From the UHGV virus genome UHGV-0332176: 64,000 nt of DNA; one strand, written 5' to 3'. Below, one piece after another: positions 29,402 to 37,399 of this stretch. How positions within the stretch are numbered: position 1 is the stretch's first letter; the number at the start of each line of letters is the position of its first letter. A program made the translations under genes and the position numbers. Below the pieces are notes generated by a model, which saw only the letters and a program-made list of their open reading frames with translations, did no database searches and had not been told where the DNA came from. The DNA comes from a virus.

Positions 29402-29683
29402 CCAATTTTTAACTTGGGTTTTAACATTTTTATCCCTTTTCCGAAAAAGAAAATGTTAATAGTTGTAATTACAACTCGTTGAGGAATACTATCGTGAAAA
29501 AGTATTGGTTTATTGATTGTTTTTTATATGCTTTGGAACTCCCAGAGACCTGAAATCAATAAGGTATAATAAAGCATCTTAATTTAATAATGGGTAAGAT
29601 TGTAGAATCTCTGATATTAAATTTTAAAGTTTTATTCGTGAATACGGAAACAATGTTAAGTACGTTAATCTTAACAATTTTAT

Positions 29684-29772
29684 GGTGAGTTGGTAGAGTC
29701 AGGTTTAATACAGCAGTTTGCTAAACTGTCGCTTCCGAAAGGTTGCCAGAGGTTCAAATCCTCTACTCACCG
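29684..29772 (+). tRNA. tRNA-Ser(GCU), type II with a long variable arm; CCA encoded
   Basis: Acceptor ggtgagt/actcacc; anticodon loop ttGCTaa; variable arm about 18 nt. Confidence 0.7.
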
Positions 29773-29803
29773 CCATTAAAAATTAAAAAAATAAAAAAAG
29801 TTC

Positions 29804-29832
29804 TTGACAATTAAGAATTTAAAGAATATATT
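29804..29832 (+). promoter_or_regulatory. early-type promoter aaaaaaagttcTTGACA-N17-TATATT
   Basis: Read directly; precedes a structured leader and tRNA-Ile. Confidence 0.55.
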
Positions 29833-29864
29833 CTTTATATAAGGTGCTGATATGCCTTAAATCA

Positions 29865-29985
29865 AAATTATCAGTCCGAGTTTAAAGTTTGGGGTGAGAT
29901 AAACTTTGGTTTAAAGTAATCCAGAAACTTTGGTTTCAATATTTCGCATTAAAATATTGCGTTGGACTGATTATCCCAAAACCAT
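29865..29985 (+). ncRNA. structured leader or small-RNA candidate closed by long-range pairing atcagtccga / ttggactgat and containing two aaactttggttt repeats
   Basis: Read directly; no ORF. Confidence 0.3.
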
Positions 29986-30008
29986 TACGATAAGATGGTT
30001 TATTTAAT

Positions 30009-30082
30009 AGGCTCGTGGTGGAAGTGGTTAACACGTTGCTCTGATAAAGCAAAGATTCCCAGTTCGATTCTGGGCGAGCCTA
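30009..30082 (+). tRNA. tRNA-Ile(GAU); CCA encoded
   Basis: Acceptor aggctcg/cgagcct; anticodon loop ctGATaa. Confidence 0.75.
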
Positions 30083-30119
30083 CCAAATTTAAAATAATTT
30101 ATTTGTGGGAGTATTATAA

Positions 30120-30332
30120 ATGCCAATGGAAAAGAAAGTTTTAACTGATGCAGAAAAAGAATTAAAAAAGAAAGAACACGAATTTAATAAGAAAATTAAT
30201 CAAGTTTGGAAGTTAAGACCATATAAAATTAATGGAATTTCTAAAAATGTTGGTAAAGCTCCAAAATGCAATACAAAAGTTAAAACTGAAAAACCAGTAG
30301 AAATGGTAAATCAGAAAAAGAAAAAGAGATAA
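30120..30332 (+). CDS. small lysine-rich basic protein (70 aa)
   Basis: ORF between tRNA genes. Upstream gggagtattataaatg gives a weak RBS. Confidence 0.35.
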   Translation: MPMEKKVLTDAEKELKKKEHEFNKKINQVWKLRPYKINGISKNVGKAPKCNTKVKTEKPVEMVNQKKKKR

Positions 30333-30340
30333 AAATAAAT

Positions 30341-30413
30341 GCTCCGATAGGCTATGTGGTTAAACCAGGGAGCTTATATCTCTCAATGCACGGTTCGAGT
30401 CCGTGTCGGAGTA
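30341..30413 (+). tRNA. tRNA with anticodon UAU (Ile, AUA-decoding); CCA encoded
   Basis: Acceptor gctccga/tcggagt; anticodon stem gggag/ctctc with loop ctTATat; T-arm cacgg-ttcgagt-ccgtg. Confidence 0.55.
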
Positions 30414-30422
30414 CCATATTTT

Positions 30423-30495
30423 TCTCCGATAGCTAAACGGTTAAAGCTGTCCGCTCATAACGGAAAGATTGGGGGTTCGATTCCCTCTCGGAGAA
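30423..30495 (+). tRNA. tRNA(CAU), elongator Met or Ile2-lysidine type; CCA encoded
   Basis: Acceptor tctccga/tcggaga perfect; anticodon loop ctCATaa; three G-C pairs at 29-31/39-41. Confidence 0.65.
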
Positions 30496-30808
30496 CCATT
30501 TTTATAAAAGTTTTGGTTCAGACAATACGCACAAGGTGAAGATAGCACAACGGTGATGAACCATTGATATAAAAAGAATGATTTAGCGGTCATAAACTAT
30601 TATATTATAAAAGTGTCTGATGACTTTAGTTCTTTTCAATAAGGAAAAGAGTTGCAACAACCATTAATTTAAATGTTTGCTAACAAGTTCATTTAAATTA
30701 AGTATGGTAATAATGTTAGAGGAAAAATTTATTGATTTGACTATGTTAAAATCAATCGGTGAATTTTAATAATTCTCATAAATCATCTGTTAAGTGATTA
30801 TTATATAT

Positions 30809-30880
30809 AGCGGGATAGAGCAGGGGTAGCTCACTTGGCTCATAACCAAGAGGTCGGGTGTTCGAGTCACTCTCCCGCAA
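30809..30880 (+). tRNA. initiator-like tRNA-fMet(CAU): 1:72 A.A mismatch, A11:U24, 3' end CCCGCAACCA as in E. coli tRNA-fMet
   Basis: Anticodon arm cttgg-ctCATaa-ccaag; D-stem gagc/gctc with A11-T24; T-arm gggtg-ttcgagt-cactc. Confidence 0.6.
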
Positions 30881-30993
30881 CCATTTAATAGGTAGGTACG
30901 AAGATAGCTCAAATACCTCGTAAAACTAAATAGTCGTGCTATCCGCAAACTTTTGTAGAGTAAATGGCGATATAAGTAACTCTACATTTTAAT

Positions 30994-31066
30994 GGCAGAT
31001 TAGTGAAATGGTTTATCACGGCTGACTCATATTCAGCAATTACAAGTTCAATTCTTGTATCTGCTA
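30994..31066 (+). tRNA. tRNA(CAU), third CAU-anticodon tRNA (Met or Ile2); CCA encoded
   Basis: Acceptor ggcagat/atctgct; anticodon loop ctCATat; T-loop ttcaatt. Confidence 0.6.
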
Positions 31067-31094
31067 CCAATAATTTTTTTGTGGGAAATAATCA

Positions 31095-32249
31095 ATGACA
31101 AATTATATTGTAAATAATAATAATGTTAGAATATTTGGTGATGAAGAAGTTAATATTCAACCAAATTTGCCATTAGGTACATATTTAGTAAAAGAAAATC
31201 CTATGTCTGGTGAATTATATTTAGAAAAAACAGTCAATTTTACAAAGCCAACAAAAATTTATGGAGATTGTGAATTTCAATCTGAAAGAATTATTACAAC
31301 ATTTAAAGATAGACCAAAGAATACAGGTGTATTATTAAATGGTGCAAAAGGGTCAGGAAAAACATTTTTAGCAAAATATATTTCTTATAAGTTGTTAAAT
31401 GAAAATTATTCAACAATTGTTATTAATGAAATTTTTAATCCAACAAAATTGTCATTATTATTACAAACAATTTCTGAACCTTGTGTAATTATTTTTGATG
31501 AATTTGAAAAAATTTATCAACCAAGTAAAAATGATAATAATAATCCTCAAAATGGTTTATTATCATTATTAGATGGTTTATTTCAAACAAAAAAATTATT
31601 TATTTTTACTTGTAATGATGATAATAATATTTCTGATTTAATGAAAAATAGACCAGGTCGTGTTTATTATAAATTAGAATTTAAAGGTATTAACGATAAA
31701 GCTATTGAAGAATACTGTGAAGAAAAATTAATTAATAAAAAATATCTTTCACAAATTTTTAGTATCAAAAAAATGATTAAAGATTTTACATTTGATATTC
31801 TTCAAACAATCGTAGAAGAAGTTAACAGATATAATGAAACTCCATTGGATGCTGTTAAAATGTTAAATGTTACTCCACAATCATTATATACAAGATATAG
31901 TATTTCTGTTAAACCTTTACAAGGTCAAAAAATTATTAATTATGAAAAAACAATATGGATGAATCCTTTATCTTCAGATGAAGAATCAGTTTGGATTAAA
32001 CGTTATGGAACTGAATTAAATATTGATGATGAAGATAGTAAACGAAAAATTATTAGTGATATAGCAATAAATGATGATGACGATGATGAAGAAGATAATG
32101 ATGAAAAAACAACTGATTATGTCATTATTTCATTAGAAACATTAATATCCACAAATAAAAATACCTATGTTTATAATAGTGGTGGTTATCAAATTATTTT
32201 AACAAAAAAAGAAATTGATACAACTGATATGTGGAGATATGCTGTTTAA
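31095..32249 (+). CDS. AAA+ ATPase (classic clade)
   Basis: Walker A GAKGSGKT, Walker B IIFDEFE, sensor-2-like NRPGRVYYKLEF. Acidic C-terminal tail. Confidence 0.6.
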   Translation: MTNYIVNNNNVRIFGDEEVNIQPNLPLGTYLVKENPMSGELYLEKTVNFTKPTKIYGDCEFQSERIITTFKDRPKNTGVLLNGAKGSGKTFLAKYISYKLLNENYSTIVINEIFNPTKLSLLLQTISEPCVIIFDEFEKIYQPSKNDNNNPQNGLLSLLDGLFQTKKLFIFTCNDDNNISDLMKNRPGRVYYKLEFKGINDKAIEEYCEEKLINKKYLSQIFSIKKMIKDFTFDILQTIVEEVNRYNETPLDAVKMLNVTPQSLYTRYSISVKPLQGQKIINYEKTIWMNPLSSDEESVWIKRYGTELNIDDEDSKRKIISDIAINDDDDDEEDNDEKTTDYVIISLETLISTNKNTYVYNSGGYQIILTKKEIDTTDMWRYAV

Positions 32250-32268
32250 TTATTTTGTAAAAAAATAC

Positions 32269-32297
32269 TTGACATATAAAAATTATTATGTTATATA
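32269..32297 (+). promoter_or_regulatory. early-type promoter aaaaaatacTTGACA-N17-TGtTATATA
   Basis: Followed by about 750 nt with no ORF. Confidence 0.55.
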
Positions 32298-32299
32298 TA

Positions 32300-32830
32300 A
32301 TATTGTTCCTAATGATGAATTAGGTTAGATGAAAAATCTGTAAAAATTGTGTTTATTTTTAATAATTCAGAAAGGAGTTATATATCAGAATCATTCAATA
32401 ATTGGTATTATTAACCAATAGGAAGCCTTTTTAAGGCAATGAGAGTAACCAATCTTTCTTTTGATATATTATAATTTGTTGTTACTTGAATAATGGGTCG
32501 CCAGCCCATAAAAGTATACAGATGATAAACTGAAAAGTTTTGAAGGTAGTTGTGAGTAATATGAGCATAAGGTTGAAATAGCCACAGTTGGATAACTGTG
32601 AGTGACGTAAGAACCAGACAAATCGTGGTTGAAGAATCTGATGGCTGTATCTGGTTGGGAGTAATCAATCTCCCCATCTATTAAGCAAAGGAGTAATTAA
32701 CCTTTGTGGATGTGACTGAATAATGTGTGAATATGAGGGGCTTGTCGGTAGTCAGGAGTCCGACCAACAAATTATAACAGTTTGTGGCAGTCGTTCTGTT
32801 AAAAACTCTGCCTTTTTATTTAAATTGATA
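32300..32830 (+). ncRNA. promoter-proximal ORF-free region, candidate large structured RNA
   Basis: No + strand ORF longer than 40 codons. GC-richer islands (gggtcgccagccc, gaggggcttgtcggtagtcaggagtccgacc) in an AT-rich background. Confidence 0.25.
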
Positions 32831-32851
32831 GTAAGAAAAAGATTTACATAG
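32827..32851 (+). repeat. unit-start repeat, copy 6 (gatagtaagaaaaaGATTTACATAG)
   Basis: Family consensus TTGnnAATAGTGAG-N5-7-AGATTTACATAG. Other copies: 32912..32942, 33878..33902, 33975..33999, 34066..34090, 34218..34243. Confidence 0.7.
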
Positions 32852-32932
32852 ATTAATTTTTGGTATTAATAACAACAAATTTTTTTCAGGGTTCTTCAAT
32901 TTAAATAAAAATTGCGAATAGTGAGTTATTAG

Positions 32933-33006
32933 ATTTACATAGCTAAATTGGTTAAAGCATCAAATTGTTAATTTGAGTATTGTAGGTTCAATTCCTACTG
33001 TAAACA
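32933..33006 (+). ncRNA. tRNA-shaped RNA (Y-RNA-like unit 1): acceptor atttaca/tgtaaac with A1.C72 mismatch, anticodon-loop ttGTTaa, canonical T-arm gtagg-ttcaatt-cctac, no encoded CCA
   Basis: Immediately follows repeat copy 1. Every bona fide tRNA in the island encodes CCA; this one does not. Confidence 0.45.
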
Positions 33007-33041
33007 CAATCTAATAGAATGTTCTTTCGCTTTTTATTATT

Positions 33042-33070
33042 TTGACATTTTTAATTAAATGTTTTATAAA
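33042..33070 (+). promoter_or_regulatory. promoter TTGACA-N17-TATAAA about 10 nt upstream of tRNA-Ser(UGA)
   Basis: Read directly. Confidence 0.5.
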
Positions 33071-33079
33071 TAAATTTAT

Positions 33080-33162
33080 GGAAGGCAACTGGCTGGATGA
33101 AGACACCGACTTGAAATCGGCTGGGCAGAGATGCTTTGGGGGTTCGAGTCCCTCGCCTTCCG
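33080..33162 (+). tRNA. tRNA-Ser(UGA), type II with a long variable arm; CCA encoded
   Basis: Acceptor ggaaggc/gccttcc perfect; anticodon loop ctTGAaa; T-arm ggggg-ttcgagt-ccctc. Confidence 0.65.
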
Positions 33163-33182
33163 CCATTTTTTTGAGAAAAAAT

Positions 33183-33569
33183 ATGAAATGTTTAAATTGT
33201 GGTAAAGAAATATTTGATAAAAAACATAAAAATAGAAAATATTGTTGTAATAAATGTCAAAAAGAATTTGAATGGAAACAAACAAAACAATTAATTGAAA
33301 TTTATAATACATATCAATTAAAAAATTATAATGAATATACTGCAAGAAGGACAGCTAAAAAATATTTAATTGAAAAATATGGAAATAAATGTAGTATTTG
33401 TGGAACGACTCATTGGTTAGGAAAACCAATTTTATTAATTGCTGACCATATAGATGGAGATGCCACAAATAATTCAATAAATAATATTAGACTTATTTGT
33501 TCTAATTGTGATGCTACATTAGATACATATAAAGCTAAAAATAAAAGTACAAGAACAAGTCGTAAGTAG
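33183..33569 (+). CDS. HNH homing-endonuclease-like protein with N-terminal Zn ribbon (start at MKCLNCGKE; the track's upstream extension overlaps tRNA-Ser)
   Basis: HNH motif ADHIDGDATNNSINNIRLICSNCD. Zn ribbon CLNCGKEI...CCNKC is shared with 24430 and 27708. Confidence 0.6.
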   Translation: MKCLNCGKEIFDKKHKNRKYCCNKCQKEFEWKQTKQLIEIYNTYQLKNYNEYTARRTAKKYLIEKYGNKCSICGTTHWLGKPILLIADHIDGDATNNSINNIRLICSNCDATLDTYKAKNKSTRTSRK

Positions 33570-33574
33570 TTTTT

Positions 33575-33646
33575 GCCTTCGTGGCTCAATGGTACAGCAG
33601 TCGATTTGTAATCGACCATTTCCTCGTTCAAGTCGGGGCGAAGGCA
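33575..33646 (+). tRNA. tRNA-Thr(UGU); CCA encoded
   Basis: Acceptor gccttcg/cgaaggc perfect; anticodon loop ttTGTaa. Confidence 0.75.
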
Positions 33647-33667
33647 CCAATTTTTAAGAGCTGACAA

Positions 33668-33719
33668 GCTGTTCCGCTTCTTATATTAAATAATATATAG
33701 CTTCTCGAACAGCGTTTTA
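33668..33719 (+). terminator. terminator-like hairpin after tRNA-Thr (gctgttc...gaacagc + gtttt)
   Basis: Read directly; large loop. Confidence 0.35.
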
Positions 33720-33877
33720 ATAAACTCTCCCGCTAAAGATACTTTGTGTATACAGCGAATATGGATAAACGTTAAATCGTTTTAATAACTATAATATAAC
33801 ACGTGTGAAAAAGTTATTATGAGTAAAGAGTTTTCATCAATCTCTATAAACAAAATTGATGAAATTATTTAAATGGT

Positions 33878-34205
33878 AATAGTGAGAAATAGATTTACAT
33901 AGATACTAACATTCAAACTGTTACAATATTAAAGAATCTATTAATATGTTCTTTACCAATTAAATAATTTTGACAATAGTGATATAAAGAATTACATAGA
34001 TAACTGATTATTATCTGCCAGAAAATATTTCTTTATTATTATTCTTTGTCATATAAAAAATTAGCAATAGTGAGAGAAAGATTTACATAGGCTTGTAACC
34101 CGTAGGTAATTGGTTCGAATCCAATCAGATGAATGAAAATTCATTTGTAGCTCATATTGGTAGAGCAACGAAAAAAAGAATCTTTCAATATGTTCTTTGC
34201 TTAAT
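33878..34205 (+). repeat. tandem degenerate Y-RNA-like units 2 to 4, each repeat followed by tRNA-arm-like pieces (T-arm attgg-ttcgaat-ccaat at 34109..34125; D-arm/5'-half atttgtagctcatattggtagagcaacg at 34141..34169)
   Basis: Repeat copies at 33878, 33975 and 34066. Each unit ends near (a)tatgttcttt: 33019, 33946, 34190. Confidence 0.5.
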
Positions 34206-34234
34206 AAATTTTTTGGTGATAGTGATTAATTAGG

Positions 34235-34306
34235 TTTACATAGTGAAATGGTTAACACATTTGTCTTGAAAACAAAGAAATGCAGGTTCGAGTCCTGCTG
34301 TAAATA
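34235..34306 (+). ncRNA. tRNA-shaped RNA (Y-RNA-like unit 5): acceptor gtttaca/tgtaaat, type-I body with Ser-type anticodon loop ctTGAaa, T-arm gcagg-ttcgagt-cctgc, no encoded CCA
   Basis: Immediately follows repeat copy 5. The acceptor helix is nearly identical to unit 1 despite a different anticodon. Terminator follows. Confidence 0.45.
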
Positions 34307-34341
34307 ACACCTAATTTTTTGTTCTTCACCTAACATTTTGC

Positions 34342-34373
34342 AACCCAAGAACATATGTTCTTGGGTTTTTTTA
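34342..34373 (+). terminator. rho-independent terminator (aacccaagaacat/atgttcttgggtt + T7)
   Basis: Read directly. Confidence 0.6.
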
Positions 34374-34385
34374 TTAAATAAATTC

Positions 34386-34414
34386 TTGACATATTTTATT
34401 TAATATGTTATAAA
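34386..34414 (+). promoter_or_regulatory. promoter aaattcTTGACA-N17-TGtTATAAA for the TROVE gene
   Basis: Read directly. Confidence 0.55.
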
Positions 34415-34454
34415 CAGGAATGTAAATTAACCTTAACTTATGGAGTGTTGAAAA

Positions 34455-35744
34455 ATGAAAACAAATAAAGCAATTAAAAAAGACCCAGTATATACTTATG
34501 AAGGTGGTAAAGCATCTCATATTTCTGAATTAGAAGAACTTAAAAGAGCAACAATGTCTTGTTTGCTTTGGGAAGATAATTTCTATGAAGATGGAGTATC
34601 TATTGCAGATAGAATTACCTCATTAGTTAAGGCTTGTATAGATAAAGGTCATTATGATGATGTTATTGATATTTTAAAGAAAGTTAAATTTGATATGAAA
34701 ATTCGTCATTGTCCTTTATGGATGATTGTTGCAATTTATAAAGCTGGTAAAACAATTTCTAAAGATGTTATTGCATCTATCTTAACAAGACCTGATGATA
34801 TGGGTGAATTGCTATCTTTATATAGAAAAGATAATGAAAAATCTCCTATTCCAAATGCTATTAAGAAAGGTATGGCTATTGCATTACAAAAATTTGATGA
34901 ATATCAATTAGCAAAATGGAATCGTAATGCAAATTATAAATTAGTTGATATTGTTAATATTTGCCATCCAAAGGTAACTGAAGCTATTGATAAATTAGTT
35001 AAAGGTACTTTAGAAACTCCTAAAACTTGGGAAGTTTTACTTTCAGCAGCAGGTTCAGATAAAGAAAAGAAAAAAGATGCTTGGAATGAATTAATTGAAT
35101 CTAATAAATTACCAGATATGGCTTTATTAAAGAATATTCGTGGTATGCTAGAAAGCGGTGTATCAAAAACTGTTATTGTTGATAGAATTAATATGATTAA
35201 AAGTGGTCGTTTACTACCAATTGATTATATTAGAGCTGCAGAAAATAATCCATCTTTAGAAAATGAAATTGAAAAGAAATTTCTAAATTGCTTTGAAAAA
35301 CCATCATTATACGGTAAAACTGCAATTCTTGTAGATGTTTCAGGTTCAATGGATGGTGAACGCTTAAAATATGCAAATGCATTGGCAATGATTGGACGTG
35401 AAATGTGCTCAGAAGTTGATATATATTCATTCTCTGATTATGTTAAATTTGTACCAAATCGTAGAGGTTTTGCATTAGCAGAAGCTATTGATAAATCTCA
35501 AACTCATTGGGGAACTAATATGTGGGATGCTATTACTGAAGTTGAAAAAGGACGTTATGATAGAATTATTGTTGTAACTGATGAACAAACTATGGGTAGT
35601 CCTCATAATGCTAAAATTAAAAATGCATATATGATTAATGTGGCATCTTATTCAAAAGGTGTTGGATATAACAATGGTTATAAACACATTAATGGTTTTT
35701 CAGATAAAGTATTCAATTACATTTCTGAAATTGAAAATGTATAA
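34455..35744 (+). CDS. Ro60/Rsr-like TROVE-domain protein (helical N-terminal region + C-terminal vWA with MIDAS DxSxS)
   Basis: TAILVDVSGSMDG MIDAS motif about 130 aa from the C-terminus, downstream of an alpha-helical repeat region, matching the Ro60 (TROVE) architecture. Adjacent to the tRNA-mimic array. Confidence 0.55.
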   Translation: MKTNKAIKKDPVYTYEGGKASHISELEELKRATMSCLLWEDNFYEDGVSIADRITSLVKACIDKGHYDDVIDILKKVKFDMKIRHCPLWMIVAIYKAGKTISKDVIASILTRPDDMGELLSLYRKDNEKSPIPNAIKKGMAIALQKFDEYQLAKWNRNANYKLVDIVNICHPKVTEAIDKLVKGTLETPKTWEVLLSAAGSDKEKKKDAWNELIESNKLPDMALLKNIRGMLESGVSKTVIVDRINMIKSGRLLPIDYIRAAENNPSLENEIEKKFLNCFEKPSLYGKTAILVDVSGSMDGERLKYANALAMIGREMCSEVDIYSFSDYVKFVPNRRGFALAEAIDKSQTHWGTNMWDAITEVEKGRYDRIIVVTDEQTMGSPHNAKIKNAYMINVASYSKGVGYNNGYKHINGFSDKVFNYISEIENV

Positions 35745-35759
35745 ATATTATTAACAAAC

Positions 35760-36068
35760 CCGATAGGCTTCTTATTTAATTGAGTAGTATGGGTATATTA
35801 GATGACTTAATGCTCACTCCCCTCTGCTACTCTTTAAATTAAATATAGCACAATTATCTTTCTGGAATTGACCAGATAAGTTTATTAAAATTCCTAGGTT
35901 AAATTAATAAATGGGTAGATTTATAAAATTATCCTAAACACGCTCTGATACTTTAATAGTATTAACGCTTATTATATGAGATTACATATAACAATTATAA
36001 TTTCAGCTGTTCAGTTATAATTGGGATATTGGATTTAATCAATTTAACAAGAGAGATTAATTTCTTTC
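35760..36068 (+). ncRNA. ORF-free region downstream of the TROVE gene, candidate additional Y-RNA-like RNA
   Basis: No ORF. Terminal complementarity gagtag...ctactc (35784/35829). Hairpin aacaagagaga...tctttcttgtt at 36046-36074. Confidence 0.25.
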
Positions 36069-36320
36069 TTGTTAAATTATTTTTGTATAAAAGGAAATAA
36101 AATGTTAAATTTAAAAAGTATTTTAAATGATAATATGAGAGTAAAATTTGATTTTTATCGTGATGGTGCTTTATGGTATTCAACAATGAATGGATTTCAA
36201 TTTCCTGTTTCCGTAAAAACATTAGCTGGTACAACAATTTTAAAAGCTAATGATAAAGCATCAGCATTTAGTTATTATATTAAAAAATATTATAATGAAT
36301 TAAATAAAGATAAGGAATAA
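36069..36320 (+). CDS. hypothetical protein (83 aa)
   Basis: RBS aaaaggaaataaaatg. Confidence 0.4.
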   Translation: MLNYFCIKGNKMLNLKSILNDNMRVKFDFYRDGALWYSTMNGFQFPVSVKTLAGTTILKANDKASAFSYYIKKYYNELNKDKE

Positions 36321-36325
36321 TTTAG

Positions 36326-36742
36326 ATGAGATTACAATTTTATGTTCAAACAAAAGAAATATCAAAAAATAATCAATTATATGGTGTTATGACAATGATT
36401 GATGATAAGCCATTTGATTATTTGATTGGTAATATGGAAGGTGATAAAGAATATGTTATTGATAAAGTATCTAAAAATATTTTAATTAAAAATAAAACTG
36501 TTTTAAAAAATAATTATTATTCTTTTAAATATGATAATTTAGATATAACGAAAAAAATGTTATATAAATTTCATACTGAAGATTTTTATAAACAGTATTC
36601 AAAAGAACAACAAACATCATTAGATGCATTACCAGCTATTTTTCTTTCTGATTTGACTAAATTATCTAACTTAACAAAACGAATGAATAATTACGAACAA
36701 TTATTACAAAATAAATTTTATAATTCAAAAAATCGCATTTAA
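36326..36742 (+). CDS. hypothetical protein (138 aa)
   Basis: RBS aaggaataatttagatg. Confidence 0.4.
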   Translation: MRLQFYVQTKEISKNNQLYGVMTMIDDKPFDYLIGNMEGDKEYVIDKVSKNILIKNKTVLKNNYYSFKYDNLDITKKMLYKFHTEDFYKQYSKEQQTSLDALPAIFLSDLTKLSNLTKRMNNYEQLLQNKFYNSKNRI

Positions 36743-36765
36743 TGCGATTTTTTTGTTGACAAGTA

Positions 36766-36793
36766 TTTTTATTATGTTATATTAATATCATCT
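36766..36793 (+). promoter_or_regulatory. promoter TTGACA-N16-TGtTATATT (preceded by terminator aaatcgcatt/aatgcgattt at 36728..36756)
   Basis: Read directly. Confidence 0.55.
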
Positions 36794-36889
36794 TAAATGT
36801 TTTGGAGAAAAATAATGGTATATCTTTTCATTTTTTGTATTTTATATTTTATTATTTTTAATGATTCAATTAATTAATGGAGAAAAAAT

Positions 36890-37129
36890 ATGAAATGGTA
36901 CACACAAGCAGATATGCCTTATGGTAAAGAACCGATTGTTGTAAAAACTGTTGATAAACAAATTTATTTAGGAAATCATCAACATATTCATAATTCTAAT
37001 CTTAAACATACTTTTAAGAATGAAGAACAATGGGTATTAACAACTAATCAACAAAAAATTGAATGGTCAAAAATTAAAGAATGGCATTATGTTCGAAAAA
37101 TTGTTGATGTAATTGAAAGGAAATTTTAA
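36890..37129 (+). CDS. hypothetical protein (79 aa)
   Basis: RBS atggagaaaaaatatg. Confidence 0.4.
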   Translation: MKWYTQADMPYGKEPIVVKTVDKQIYLGNHQHIHNSNLKHTFKNEEQWVLTTNQQKIEWSKIKEWHYVRKIVDVIERKF

Positions 37130-37399
37130 ATGAAAAATTATTTGATAATGGTTTATAATTTTAGTCAATGGATGTGGGTTTATGATTTCCAAAATAAAAA
37201 ATGGAATAAATTTAATTGGGGTAATAATATTTCTCCTAAGCAATTTCTTGAAATTGCTGAAAAATATAATATGTTTTATTTTTCAGCTAAAGATGTAGAA
37301 GAATCATATTCTAAATTTGATAAAGATGAAATAGAATTTATGGGTTTTGATGACCCAAACTGGAAAGAAAAAGTGAGGATTATAAGTTATGTTGGCTAA
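37130..37399 (+). CDS. hypothetical protein (89 aa)
   Basis: Start overlaps the previous stop (TAAATG). Confidence 0.4.
   Translation: MKNYLIMVYNFSQWMWVYDFQNKKWNKFNWGNNISPKQFLEIAEKYNMFYFSAKDVEESYSKFDKDEIEFMGFDDPNWKEKVRIISYVG

Noticed and set aside
29245-29427. Minus-strand ORF of 60 aa
   Set aside because: Antisense to tRNA-Val and tRNA-Gln.
30354-30539. ORF of 61 aa
   Set aside because: Covers the UAU and CAU tRNA genes.
33042-33182. N-terminal extension of the HNH ORF in the track
   Set aside because: Overlaps tRNA-Ser(UGA) and its promoter. A proper start (MKCLNCGKE, 33183) follows the tRNA.
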